A program made the position numbers and the translations under genes. Source: Antedon mediterranea (Eukaryota; Animalia; Echinodermata). Taken from it: a stretch of 64,000 nucleotides of DNA. Below the pieces are notes generated by a model that was given only the letters and a program-made list of their open reading frames with translations, was not told the origin of the DNA and made no database searches. Shown here piece after piece: positions 1-12,825 of the stretch. The stretch is from contig NC_092675.1 in NCBI RefSeq assembly GCF_964355755.1, forward strand, positions 3,591,812 to 3,655,811, given 5' to 3'. Numbering within the stretch: position 1 is the first letter of the stretch; each line of letters begins with the position of its first letter.

Positions 1-267
1 CCTGAGTGACTTGCTATTACTCATCACCTAAAATAGAACGGAGGGAGTTGATTGCACTTCCTGTAAGCTCAAGTTATATCACTTTGACATTTCAAGGTTT
101 AAATAGTTGTAAATATAATACCCTTAAAGATAATATAAATCTTATATTTAACCTCTAAGCAGTCAATATCTCTTAAATATAATACCATTAATGATAATAT
201 ATACCAAACTCAAATAAAGTGAGGAAATAGCTTGCCTAATCTTTGTCACATTTATGAATGTGCCCTA

Positions 268-352
268 AGCTGTATCTACACTATCAAACTAGATGATGTG
301 CCCATATAATGGTAGTTGTATGACATCATCATGTCCATATATGGGCAGAGCT
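268..352 (-). mobile_element. MITE family A, internally deleted copy
   Basis: TIR-like AGCTGTATCTACACTATCAAACTAG plus family core TGACATCATCATGTCCATATATGGGC. Confidence 0.7.
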
Positions 353-744
353 TTAGTCTGTATTATTTTAGTAATTCTTATTATCCAACTCATAAACAGT
401 CATTATAAAATTGTAATTGTACCCATTGATGACTTTATAGTCAGAAAAGCAGATAATAGAAAAGCCTTATACTAGCCTAGAGAATCTATGGTTTTGACAC
501 CTCCCAAACAACATTTTTACTGCCCTTTTCTTTTCTTGCCATCCCTCTTTCATGTTTGATGTTCTGTCATAATTATTTTTTATTGATTCTTTTAAATGAA
601 AATGCCTACAACTATCATACATCCCCTGATGATCATCATCTTTAGAAAATGTCCCTTAATCCTGTATAAAAAATGTTTAGGTTAATAGCATTGGTTTGGC
701 ATATGTTGGATTTATTATGTCATCAACATCTTTAGTTTGGCTAA

Positions 745-884
745 AGCTCTGCTACACTATCAAACTTTATGTGGCCAAAAATGTGATGTGCCCATATATG
801 GACATGATGATGTCATATCACTACCATATTTGGGTACATCAAACTGTCTTTTTTTCAAACTAGTTTGATAGTGTAGACATAGCT
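745..884 (+). mobile_element. MITE family A (PIF/Harbinger-like), ~140 bp
   Basis: TIRs AGCTCTG-CTACACTATCAAACT / AGTTTGATAGTGTAGACATAGCT, TAA on both flanks; four more copies in the window. Confidence 0.85.
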
Positions 885-2707
885 TAAGAGATTAAAAATA
901 AGAAAACTAACCTCAAAATACCATGCAATGTATCAAAAGATTAAGATCTTTATATTGTAGTCGGCTGATTAAGGAAAGAACCAGTAATATTTATTGAGTT
1001 CAATGTCTGAGTTACCTCAATGAATCATCTTTTTTTAATTGCCTCAATCATTTCTTATTACCAGTGTGCTGTGTGATCCAATTTAAAAGTTTATTTATTA
1101 GATTTTGTTGTATATCTTCTATGGAGAACTTGTTTTATTATTATCGCTATAATTATAATAACTTTTATTTTTAGTACCGATATAATTAATTAATTTGTTG
1201 ATATTATTAATGTGACCATGTGATCATGTTCCTTCAGTCTACTACTTTATTTTGAGAACAATTATAATTAATGTAATTTTATTGTTCATTTATATATTTA
1301 CATAAGTCAACAGGCAAAGAATACGTTTAATATTTATTAACCATCAAATGTAACCTGCTTTTCTCCAAATTTGTTTAGCCTCAACTTTCCTAAGAGTCCA
1401 TGTTTTTGATCTGCACCATTCTCCTCCCACATTTATTGTTGCATTATTTAAAGTTCACATACACACCCTCCTGTTACCTTACATCCACATTCCTTACCTT
1501 CCTCATACCCCTATTTTAATTGCTGCAAACATTTAATGTTAAAAGGTATTTTTTTTATATACACATGTGTAAAACACCATGTACAATTAGACCTATCAAT
1601 CACTAGGAAAAATGGGTTATAATTGATTGTACTCCGTCATTCAAAATTAGAACAGCAATCATTGGATATCTTCCATATTTTATGACTTATTACAATTTGA
1701 TTGACAGCTGTATTTATGATTGACAGAAAGAAGATGTCACATGGTCAAAGCTGACAATGCATTTGTATTTTTCCACCTGTTAACGATGCGGTGACAGTCT
1801 GATTAATTCAAATTATTTGGGAATTGAGTTGGAATTACGAATATTGGATGGCATATGAGTCACAACAATCGGTGTCCATCTGGGATGAACTATAAAAAAG
1901 TAAAGTTATAATTTAACTACAATAGGAAACGACTTCATCCGAATGGTTAAATTTTTTTTTTTAAGTGTTCCCCTGAAATCGCACACCTTCCTCTCTTCTT
2001 GTACATTCTCTTCCTTTTAGATTACTTCCACTTTTTCATCCTTTCTCAGCTGTCGTTATCATATTAAGTTTTAATTCATTTTACTTTGAATTTGAAAACT
2101 TGGATGGCTCGAGAAGTTATGAAACTCTAATGACGGAATCCCTTTAAATTCTTTTTGTTGTTGAATAGGTCAAAATGTTTTTGGTCTCTCTCTCTGTTTC
2201 ATTTCCCTTATTTATTTTATTTTATTTATTTTATTCAGTTGTCAACCAACAGCGATGAAACCGTGGTCTGCATATAGATATCTCACTGCATCTCATTTAG
2301 TGACAGGTCTTTTTTACCCCCTGCAATTCAATTTGCAATCAATATTATTTTTTGTAACAATTTCCGTTTACCCATGTTCTGCTTCCAGGATGTAAAATGA
2401 TTCTTTTCTTGGAAGCCTACTTTCAGTTCACTGTCGCCTGTATGTAGTCTGGGTCTATAAAGCGATCATGTCCGAGGGGCAGTCATTCCAGAAGCGTGCT
2501 TAAATTGTGCCTCAGCTGTTTGTGTTTGTTGAAAGTAAATTTGAACATTAAAGTAAATGATCTATATCTTGATTTAATGTTTGATGTTTATTTTTCATGC
2601 ATATTATTTATGTTATCTAATTTAATAAAATAAAAGAGTATTATTGAGATACCTTCAGGAGGCAACAAAGTATCTCCATAATATGGGTGTCTGCTGAATA
2701 GATGTTG

Positions 2708-2758
2708 ATCGCAGTGTTAAAACATCGCAGTGGTTAAAACATCGCAGTGTTAAAACAT
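2708..2758. repeat. Tandem repeat, three 16/17-bp units
   Basis: ATCGCAGTGTTAAAAC repeated three times. Confidence 0.9.
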
Positions 2759-4506
2759 AATAAATTGCTACACATTTATTTCATGGTAAAGTAATGTCCA
2801 ACAGAAGTGTCTTACTATATGTGTTTTTATAAAATATGAACTAACCCTTAAATTGGACAGTGTGCATATTTTAACATTTTTGACATAGAAATTAATAGCT
2901 GAGGTATATCATGTACTGTTTTTTCTTAATGCTTAACTTGCTAATTGACAGCACTAGGACATTAAAAATTAAATAAATGAGTACCTCTTTAAATTTATAT
3001 TGGAGACTGTTATTTTATGTTGGTCTAGACCTACCACTAACTTATGCTTTAAGGCCTGACCACCTGTCTTGCACAGACTCACCAGCCTGGAGTTCTGATC
3101 TAATAAATTAAGGTTAAAATCACATCCTAGTAATTATAAGTTGCACTTGACAGAGGGCGTGCTTATGTTTCAATGTTCTGTGTACATTAAAAGTTTTAAA
3201 AAAATATAAAATGGAAGTGTGGGATATGTATGATTTGACATATTTTTCCTAAAACTGATTTCACACTCCTCTGGGACAACTACTATTCAGAAGACATCCG
3301 TAAATAAAAAGTATCCTCTAATGTAGGGCCAGATTTGCTGATGATAGAGACCAACACTTTTTAGCTCACCTATGACTGATGTTGATCTAAATTCAATTCA
3401 GGCATTAATTTATTTAATTGTTTTCTATATACTGTCAATTATATTCATTCTTCTTATGGGAAGTAAATTATTATCAAATAGAAATCTGTAAAATGTCCAG
3501 TATGAGAAGTACAATACGGAAGATAGCTTGCTGATATTTCTCCTGCCCAGCATTTTAAATGTTGGTATGTCGTATTGTATATTATTGTATTGATATTATG
3601 TTGTGTGATTAGAAACAGTAGGAAGATCAAACGGTCTCTTGAATGTGAGTGTCCGTTACGGAAGGCGTCCACTTACAAAAGCTGTCTACATCAGCAGTTC
3701 AACCATATTAACTGTAACTCAGTAAGTCTAACATGTACATTGCGGGTGACGTTATAACATCTGATTCCTTTTTTCAAACTCAAAAACATGTTAACAAATC
3801 ACAATCAATTTAAAGAAAAATGATAGCAAATGGGTTTCTAATTTCATAAATGTGAAATGTAGTACATTGTATCCAGTAAGTAGCGTCAACGATGATGGTT
3901 CAGGAAGGCTGTGTTTCAATGATAAGACTTCTGCTAAATCTAATTTAATATGAATTTGATTGATAAATATCTAATTTTTAACTAATTATATTATAGTAAT
4001 TTATTAACTATATTGTTTTACAAATTACTCCATTTATATAAAATTAGTTTAATAAGAAAAAAGCAAAATAAAAAGGTTATCACTTTCCATCCAAAGAAAT
4101 TCCACACTCTTCCTTTGTCAAGCCTAATTCAATTTAATAATTGTTGAACAAGCCATACTAATTTAGTTAAACATGTATATTATATGTCATGATAATGGAA
4201 AAACACATAGGAGTGCAGTATTCACCAAGCTCGTTGGGAAACTACACTAATTCTCTATAGTATTTATTGCATTTTTCGTTTTCTTTGTTCTTTAATGTTT
4301 TCACGACAGAGAGCGTACATATTGACAGGTGTATTATTTGAAGACTTGTTGACACTGTTGTAAAATTAATTTAATTCAAAACAAAGAAAATATATTCATC
4401 TCACAAAAGCATTACTTATAGACAAAATGTAATTACAAAAAAAAATATTAATACAATATATTATATATTGTTTGAAGGTTTGGATGGAAAAATCAAATGT
4501 TTAAAT

Positions 4507-4666
4507 AAAGTTTGCGGTACACCACGTATATATAGTCCTGAAAAGAACTGTTGAGTTTCTCAACGTTTCGATCAATATACTATAACTGAGGATGATCAGT
4601 ATCAACACTGTTGGAAACTCAACAGTTCTTTTCAAAACTAAATCTATGTGGTGTACTGCAAACTTT
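4507..4666. mobile_element. Palindromic repeat, probably derived from a Penelope-like element
   Basis: ~55-bp imperfect inverted arms AAAGTTTGCGGTACACCAC..GAAAAGAACTGTTGAGTTTC; centre has CTGAGGATGATCAG and, on the other strand, GATCGAAACGTTGAG. A related fragment lies near 43893-43970. Confidence 0.55.
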
Positions 4667-7600
4667 GTATCAATAATATATAATTTCCATGCTATAATGA
4701 CATAATTTACAGAGAAATACTGGTCAAAATGTTATGATTAGTTTAAATTATTTTTTAGGAGGTTCTATTCCCCCAGCCTGTATAGAGTAATCCCTTCTAG
4801 AAACTTGCCTGCTGGGTATGTATAGCCAAAAAATATCATCATCTGCTGGGTATTGGTCAATAGTCTGAATTGAAAGAGGTATAGGGTCAATAGGAGGAAG
4901 TTTAGTTCTGTTGAAAAACTATGAATATGGAGTGATGATAGAAAGACAACCTCATTATAACTTTGTTGTAGGTTTCAGTTATATACTTCCTTGTGTTACT
5001 GTGACACACAAATATTTGTAATATTCCTTGTTTAAACAGAAAGTATATTTTCAAACCTTATTTCACATTTGAGTACAAAACTTCGGTTGATTTGAATTTG
5101 AACAAACATGTATGAGTATAAGAAGAAAAATGTAGGTAGCTAATTATTTAAAATGTCTGTAGGTCCCTAGTAGTAGTACGTGATGAAAGTAGTTGATCTA
5201 CTCTGAAACCCCTAATAAGCCTCTTTATATTAAACCTACTAGTAATACCAGAGTCCCTCTCTATTCCACACATATGTTAAAACATGTACTCGATGCTATA
5301 TATGTTGATATTTGTATTTCTTCATTGATTAAAAAATGGTAATTTCATATTTTGTTATTAATTACTTTATTGATGATTGTCCAAACTAGTTTTGTACAAA
5401 AACAAACCAGCTGGTAAGCTTAGTGCTGAAACATCTCATGCCTTCAATAAAGGGGAAACAGGAAGGGGGTAAAGAACGTGTTATACTTATTGACCTGGAA
5501 AACTAAATATCTCCTATCGACGAAACAAATTTGATTAATATTCCACCAAGCAAATGTCATTTGTAATCATAGCAATAAGTTTATTTCGTGCCTAGATTGA
5601 TTTTCTACAGAATTATATTGAATTTCACAATGTGGTTATACATTTCTAATGTTCTAGATCTCGGCTGGGCAACTATAGGCCTACATAGGCATAGATAAAT
5701 TAAAGCACAATGATAATCATTGTTATAATATCAATAATAATTAAAATGTTTCGGGGTTATGTCCTTAAAACCCTTGGATAGCCCCCAAGCAAGCCCGAAC
5801 CCCACCTCTTATGATACACTGTATTTTCCAATCTTATATTGTGTGAACTTATTATGAAGTTTAAAAACCTGCACCAGGATTTTAGTGTAATTACACATCA
5901 TGTACGTGAATGAACAAATTTAATCCCAGCTTACCCGGTCAAAACCGAAAATACTAACAAGATCTATAGTGACATATAGTCAAGTAGCTATTAATAAAGA
6001 GATTTTTTTATGTTCCTGTTCTTTGTTAAGAATACTCTAAAGGTTAGATACAATCAAGTAAAACACCGCACTTTCCATTTCGAGTAATTCATCAGCGATG
6101 TACTTTGCTGTGTCTTGTGGTGCAATTCTTGTATGGTGTTTTTTTTTTCCTTGATGAGAGAAAGAAAATCAGTTATGTCTTACTTTGATACATTATCTTT
6201 TCTTACATCATTATTCGGTAATTGCTTCCTGTTCTAATGTAACGCCTAAACAGAAAAGAATGCCATTAAATTTTCACCTTTAGGAAATTGGTTAGATTTA
6301 ACACAGCTGGCACTCAATTCATACTTTACATTGTAAGAGTGCGAGTCAAAATTAATTAATTTCATCAACTATTAAAAATAACTAAAATGAGTTTTGTGGT
6401 AGTAGCATCACTTAATGCTAAAATGATCTACAGTTTCATCAAGATTAATGATGAGGCATTTAAAAAAAAACTTTTAGCTATACTCTTCTCGTTCTGCTCT
6501 TCTCGATGTATTTCTTTGATGTCATCAACCGATGATTACCTCTCTTCCTCTTCATTCTTTTAACACTATACGTCACAGATTGTCTGACCTTTGACCTACG
6601 TGCTTCCATTCATTCTCTATTGAACTGTAGAATACAAAACAATTAACATAACTACAAAAATGCACAACTTTTGAAATATGCAATTTGTCCAACTTTGCTT
6701 CATGGCAATTATTAACAAACATGACTATTTTAAATTAGGCCCTTAACTTTATTTGATTCGAAATATTTGTATGTAGTGAGTCAAATGTCCTAATTTGGCC
6801 TGAAACAAACATAATCATAATTAGTAGCTTTGGGGTTTCATTCATAAAGACTACATTGGTCAACTACTAACTATCTATCTATCAACTATTTCCACTTCAC
6901 TTTCTCCACTTTTCTTCAAATCCACATTTTGAAAGCCTCACATGAACTTTCTTAAAAAGATTGTTTCAGATCCGTACATGATCAGACTCCACTTCTTGAC
7001 CAGTTGGTTCATTCAATCTTATAATCCACCAGAGTACTCTCTCAGGTTCATCCATATGTTCAGCTATTTTTTATGTTGCTTTTGTTATAATTTTAGACAA
7101 ATCTTTAAAATAACTTACTAAAAAAGCATATTTCCTTCTCATTGGTTCCATTTGTTTTAAATTTACTTTCATTTATTCAACACTTTTTCCCAAAACAATT
7201 GAATTCTGTTCTTTGTTATGATGGCACACCCTTCGGGATACATTCAGTCTACAGGGCTTACGTCAGGTGTTGTTAGTAGAATGAACTAAATAAAAATGAC
7301 ACTTCAACACATCTTTCTTATAAATTTAAATTGTTCTTGTCATATAAAGTTAGTGCGGAACAATTGAAAATTTTACGATACTAATCTTTTCAGTGTAATT
7401 CCATTCTAATCATTACATCAAAGTCCCAAGAGTTGAAAATAAATGATCTGTTTTATATCAAGAAGTGTAGGCATATCAAACTATCCTAATATATAACTAC
7501 TTTTAATTACATATCTTCAATAACCTATATTTCCATCTGCAGGATACTGTATATATATTTTGATATGATTTGCACACTTCTAACAAAAATGAAAAAATAG

Positions 7601-9384
7601 AAAAATCTAAGAAAAATAGACCTATTATTGTTCAAAAGACGTTTTCAAAAACGTGATTTTTATATTGTAAAGAGTTTTTAAAGTTAGTTAAGTATAATAG
7701 CTATTTATATTTTATCCTTTCAAAGGTGGTATCAGCTGGCCTGCGGGTTCAGCTGGAATGGTTAAATATAGTTGAAATAAAATAACTAAATAAAATTAAA
7801 GTGTAAAATAATTTGTTTAAATGTTAGAAGATGATTTTGAATTATGATAGTATGTTATCTAGGTCATTAAAATAGATACAGCATTTATGTTTATATAATG
7901 TAATACAAATAAATTAGAAATTAGAATCAGATACCAATACTACCAATTAGCTTTATAATTATTTCAGCTGGTTATGAAAACGTGTGTTAATTGAAAATTC
8001 ACATTCCAACTTTCTTCGTTTAGTTTTCTGGGAAAAATTACTATATTTTTGTTACTTCTTACAGTACCCTCCAGGCGCATTATGTCGGCCTCTTGTTAAC
8101 AGGGTAATAGGAAATTAACCAAAGTTGCCGTTTGTTTTGTCTGGAATTAGAAATAACAAGTGACAATCAAGAGTATGAAAGGCCACATAGGACAAAATGC
8201 TTTCAAAAATTTTATACAAAGACATGTTTAAACAAAAACAATATTCTTTTCTAACTATGCTTTGTTTCAGAAATGATTGTTGGTAAATTTATTTTTCGAT
8301 AATAGTAGAAAATAATTTAAATATTGAATACCCTTTATCCAAATAATTTTCAACATGGCACTCTTTATTAATTCATAAAACTTTGTGAATGGTTGTAATT
8401 TTGAATTCATTGTAATAGGCCCAATCTTAGTAAGCCCAAAAATTAATATACTCTATTTCAAATAAATTTGAAAAAAATTATGAAATTGATCTTAATGTAG
8501 GTTTATAATATCTCTTACATATTTAAACAAAAAGTTACTGTCATATTTGTTATATTTTCTTGTTTATCCTCAACGTGACTTACAGAAGTTATTAGACGAT
8601 GAAACCTGGCAGGTTCCATAGCCCTAAGCAACCAAGAACCAGCATGCACAGCATATGTCCACATCCATTTATTTATTCATTTATTCCAATATAAACTTTC
8701 ATAATGATATTTTGAAATTTGTGCTTTAGGCTACTTTCTGTCTATTAGCGGTAACCCACCTTCTATGAATTCAATTTTCTTTTGTAAGTATTTTTTATTA
8801 TATCAATTTGGTTTTAATAAGTAAATTAGATTAAAAATGCCTTTGATGTTGATATTTTTAGCGTGATATAACTGCTATAATTAGTACAGGACTAAAACTT
8901 GTATCCAGTTTGGATACATACTCTACTCTACCTTATACTGTACAATCTGCCTTTATCTGTTGATTCTATTTTTATGGGGACAAGATACGGTATATTAAAA
9001 CAATATTTATTTATTATTTAACTGTTATTATTTTTTATGAGAAATACAATTTACAATTCTTATCAAGTTAATTTGTGAATTCTACTACATGTCATTAACT
9101 TTAATATAGCTATTGGTATCATTCATTACATGCTTCGTTTACAATTCCATTCATACACAGCTTTTATTTATTAAGCTCATTGCATTCCATTAATTAAAAT
9201 AAATAACGTATCAATCTTATAGGAAGAGGAATTAATTTGTGTATAATTAAGATGAGTGTAGCTGTCAAGTAGTATGGCATTCTTACTTAACAAGCTATAA
9301 ATTGTTTGTGTCTACTTGACCGTATTGTACTTATGATTGTTTGAATAATGATTAATAACTATCAAACGATTGTTGTGTTCTTTT

Positions 9385-9690
9385 TCTTTTTTTTTTATTT
9401 ATTCAAGATCCAACAGTGTATAAAGAAAAACACCAATACAGGATCGCCATAAAATATACATTTGATTTACATAAAAAGAACAAGGAAAACAAACAGGTTT
9501 ATATATTATTAAAAATGACATTAAAGACAGAAGTATTACAACTAAAAATATTGATATAAGGAAACATTTGAGCTAAATTATTAATGAATGAGCAACCCGA
9601 CAAAAAAATACCGTTTTTACATGCATTGGCATGAGAGAACTATACTTTTAACAAATTATTAATACGAAGTTTACGCACAGGACACGAATA
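9385..9690 (-). mobile_element. Probable 3' end of a decayed CR1-type LINE
   Basis: Minus strand reads PVRKLRINNLLKV*FSHANACKNGIF..INNL, then an A-rich tail; resembles a LINE ORF2 C-terminus. Confidence 0.35.
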
Positions 9691-11142
9691 TGAAATTAAG
9701 AGACAAATTTACAGGTTAAAATAAGATATAAAATTAGAGAACAATAAATCGGTGGCCTACTATTTAATAGAATATAGAAAAATACCAGATTGACAAAATG
9801 TCAATGTATTGGTTGGAATTTAGGTCACAGGTTGATGTCATTGTTAATAGGGTATTCAGTTGCATGGCTACAGCTTGAGGTCACACACACACAGGCAGCA
9901 CATTAAAGTAAAAAATTGACCATTTTGAAGTGCCATTTTTTAATTATTAGATTAATATTTTTTGGGCAAATAATACATTTTTGGAAAGGTACACATGTCT
10001 ACTTTCAAGTGCTGTAGACAATTCGCGGAAATATCAATTATTCAATGAAATACAACAAGATTACTAACACCCTATCCAGCTGGTCACCTCATGAACATGA
10101 TGAGGGAAATTCCTGCTTGCAGTTTATGACCGCCCATTTTTGGAGATCTAAAAATATGATGCTTTTTGATTGGAGTTTCCGTGACAACCTGAGGTGATTG
10201 ACAATTAAATTGGTTTCCTAAGTGAAAGGCATGGGCTTTAGCTTGTAAACAAAGCATGTCCCAGGTTTATACGATGTCTAGAACAGAATTGGTGGACTTT
10301 CAAAAATAATCTTCGTTTTTTCGGTAGGTTGATGGAATATTTTAAATCAAAGACACATATAATATGAAAATATAATGTTTAAAGTAGCTATTGTTAAAAT
10401 CTTAGAGTAATTGGTTGAGAATTGATGAACGGAAAAAGAAAAGAGTAGGCACATGTTTTTCCTTTCTCAAGCCACAGTCCACTTGTTCCATTGTCTCAGG
10501 CTGAGGCTAGCCTGTGCCTGCCTGCACAGGACTGCCAGTAGAATTGTTACTTAACGGAGGTTAAGTCTTATATAAATTATAGTTTAACCAACATTGATTA
10601 TAATTATGATTAATATATTTCCTATTCCTAACGTTCCGAAGAAATAATAATAGGTACTTTATTATTTTTAAGTGTTTTAAAACATATTAGTTTGAAATGC
10701 TTAACATCCCTATTAATGTAAATGGAATCGTCCGTACAATGAAAGTTAAATACATTATGGACAGGTCCACTTATTTTTAAGGGGTATTATTTGGTTATAT
10801 TAATTGAGGATTATGTTTTTTTTATAAAAAATGAAAGGAATACATCATATTTTGTAGGTTTTTAGTTTTAATTGATTAATTTAAAAACTGCTATAAAAAT
10901 CGATGTGTTTTTTCCAGTTAATATTTATTTTTTTTAAATAATACCGATTATTTTCATATAAAAATAAAAGTGAACTTATTGTAATTAATATTTATCAACA
11001 GGTATTTAATCTCTACTACAGTCATGGAAGAAGATATTCCTGGTGATTTTCTTAAAGCTGTTGGTATTTCAGCTTTAAATCTACATAAACTTACTGCTTG
11101 CTGATAAACTTATCAACATTACAATTACGAATGGCTATCTTT

Positions 11143-11496
11143 GATTTTATGTATTTTTGCGATTAAACGTCATATTTTCATTTTATTACACGTTTCCATG
11201 GTAACAAAAACATTTTTAATAGAATTTTTATTAAAAATTGTGTATTTATATTATACAATTAACTGGTAAAAAAATAGGCATAATGTGAGTAATAATTAAA
11301 GAGCTATGTTAGATTTTATGTATTTTTGCGATTAAATGTCATATTTTTATTTTATTACACGTTTCCATGGCAACAAAAACATATTTTTAATAGAATTTTT
11401 ATTAAAAATTGTGTAATTATATTATACAATTAACTGGTAAAAAAATAGGCATAATGCGAGTAATAATTAAAGAGCTATGCTAGATTTTATGTATTT
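11143..11496. repeat. Tandem duplication, two ~170-bp units plus start of a third
   Basis: GATTTTATGTATTTT starts at 11143, 11312 and 11483; the units are nearly identical. Confidence 0.92.
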
Positions 11497-12710
11497 TATT
11501 ACATTCAAATATTACATAGTTTCATTATGTATTAATAATAAAACAATAATTTATGATTTTTTTGGCAACATTTTTATTGAACATTATGTATTTACATTAT
11601 ATTAATAACTGTTGAAAAAATTAGGCCGGTACACTTTATGGTTAAAAAGATATACCCAATTATGTACAAAATATCAATGATTTTGTTGACTGTTTTGGAC
11701 CACTTTTAGCTTTTAATAAAATAATAGAAAACATAGAAACCAATGTCTTCGACTTCCTATCTATTTTTTCGTATTGTTTTTTAATGTAACTTTTGAACGC
11801 CTTGTCCGATTTAAAAAATTTAAAAAGCATTGTCATTGTCTTTCAATTCTGCTTCATATGGTATCATTTCCAAGTTCATAGGGTGTCAATCAATTTTTCA
11901 CCTGAAATCCCTATTGTTAATTAATTTCCTTCGGAGTATGGACATCTACTTCTGTGCCCTGTATGCCCACATGGTGTTTGTTTGCTTATCAATATTTTGT
12001 GAGAATTCAAAATTAAAACAATGTATAAAGATAAAATCTTTTAATATTTTTATGATTCCCAAAGAAACAAAATGATGTAATTAGATCTATTATAACCTTT
12101 CCCAAATGATTTTATTTTGCTGATTCATAAAGAAAATTCAGGTCAGCTATCAAGGAGTCCTAATAGCTCTAACAAACATATATCACGTCACTATGTTGTA
12201 CAATCATAATAAGATATAAGGGCACAAATAAGGCAAAAAATGTATTACCCAGATTTTCAATTTTCTTATATTAGATATATAAATTTTGCATTCAAAAAAT
12301 GTTGTCAGTTTCAATTTGTACATATTTTGTTCTTTACTTGGTGATTTTGGCCCGATTCTACAGTATGTATGTTATAATGATAATCAGAGCAATAAAGGTG
12401 TGATCAAATTCCTATCTGTTACTCCATAAGTTAAAACTTGATAGGCAGCAGTTGATATTTTCCGTTTACAAATGAAATCTATCAATATGTTATTTTATGT
12501 AATTAGCATACTGTACACTTCCTTGATTAGTCAATACAGTTATATTAGGTTGGTTTCTTATGTGTTGGTCAACAAGTGGACATAGCATTGACCATTGCCC
12601 ATCTTTACAGTTGATTTAATCAATTAAAGAAGGGAAACTTGATAAGAAAATTTAAATAGGAATAGATATATTTCCTTCCAGATGTTTCAACAAGATGTTC
12701 AAATATCCAT

Positions 12711-12825
12711 TTTTAATCATGTGCAAACGCAACTCTACAGCTCACTACTGTATGTTGGTCGGTTGGTAAAAACTACGGTAACTCAAATTTGAGCACGCGA
12801 CTTCAGCCATGTATATGGCCTTGTT
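12711..12825 (+). mobile_element. Helentron-associated (HINE/DINE-1-like) element
   Basis: GC(A/G)ACT motifs, GTTGGTCGGTTGG microsatellite, 3' hairpin GCCATGTATATGGC, terminal CTTGTT; second copy at 41856-41989. Confidence 0.65.
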
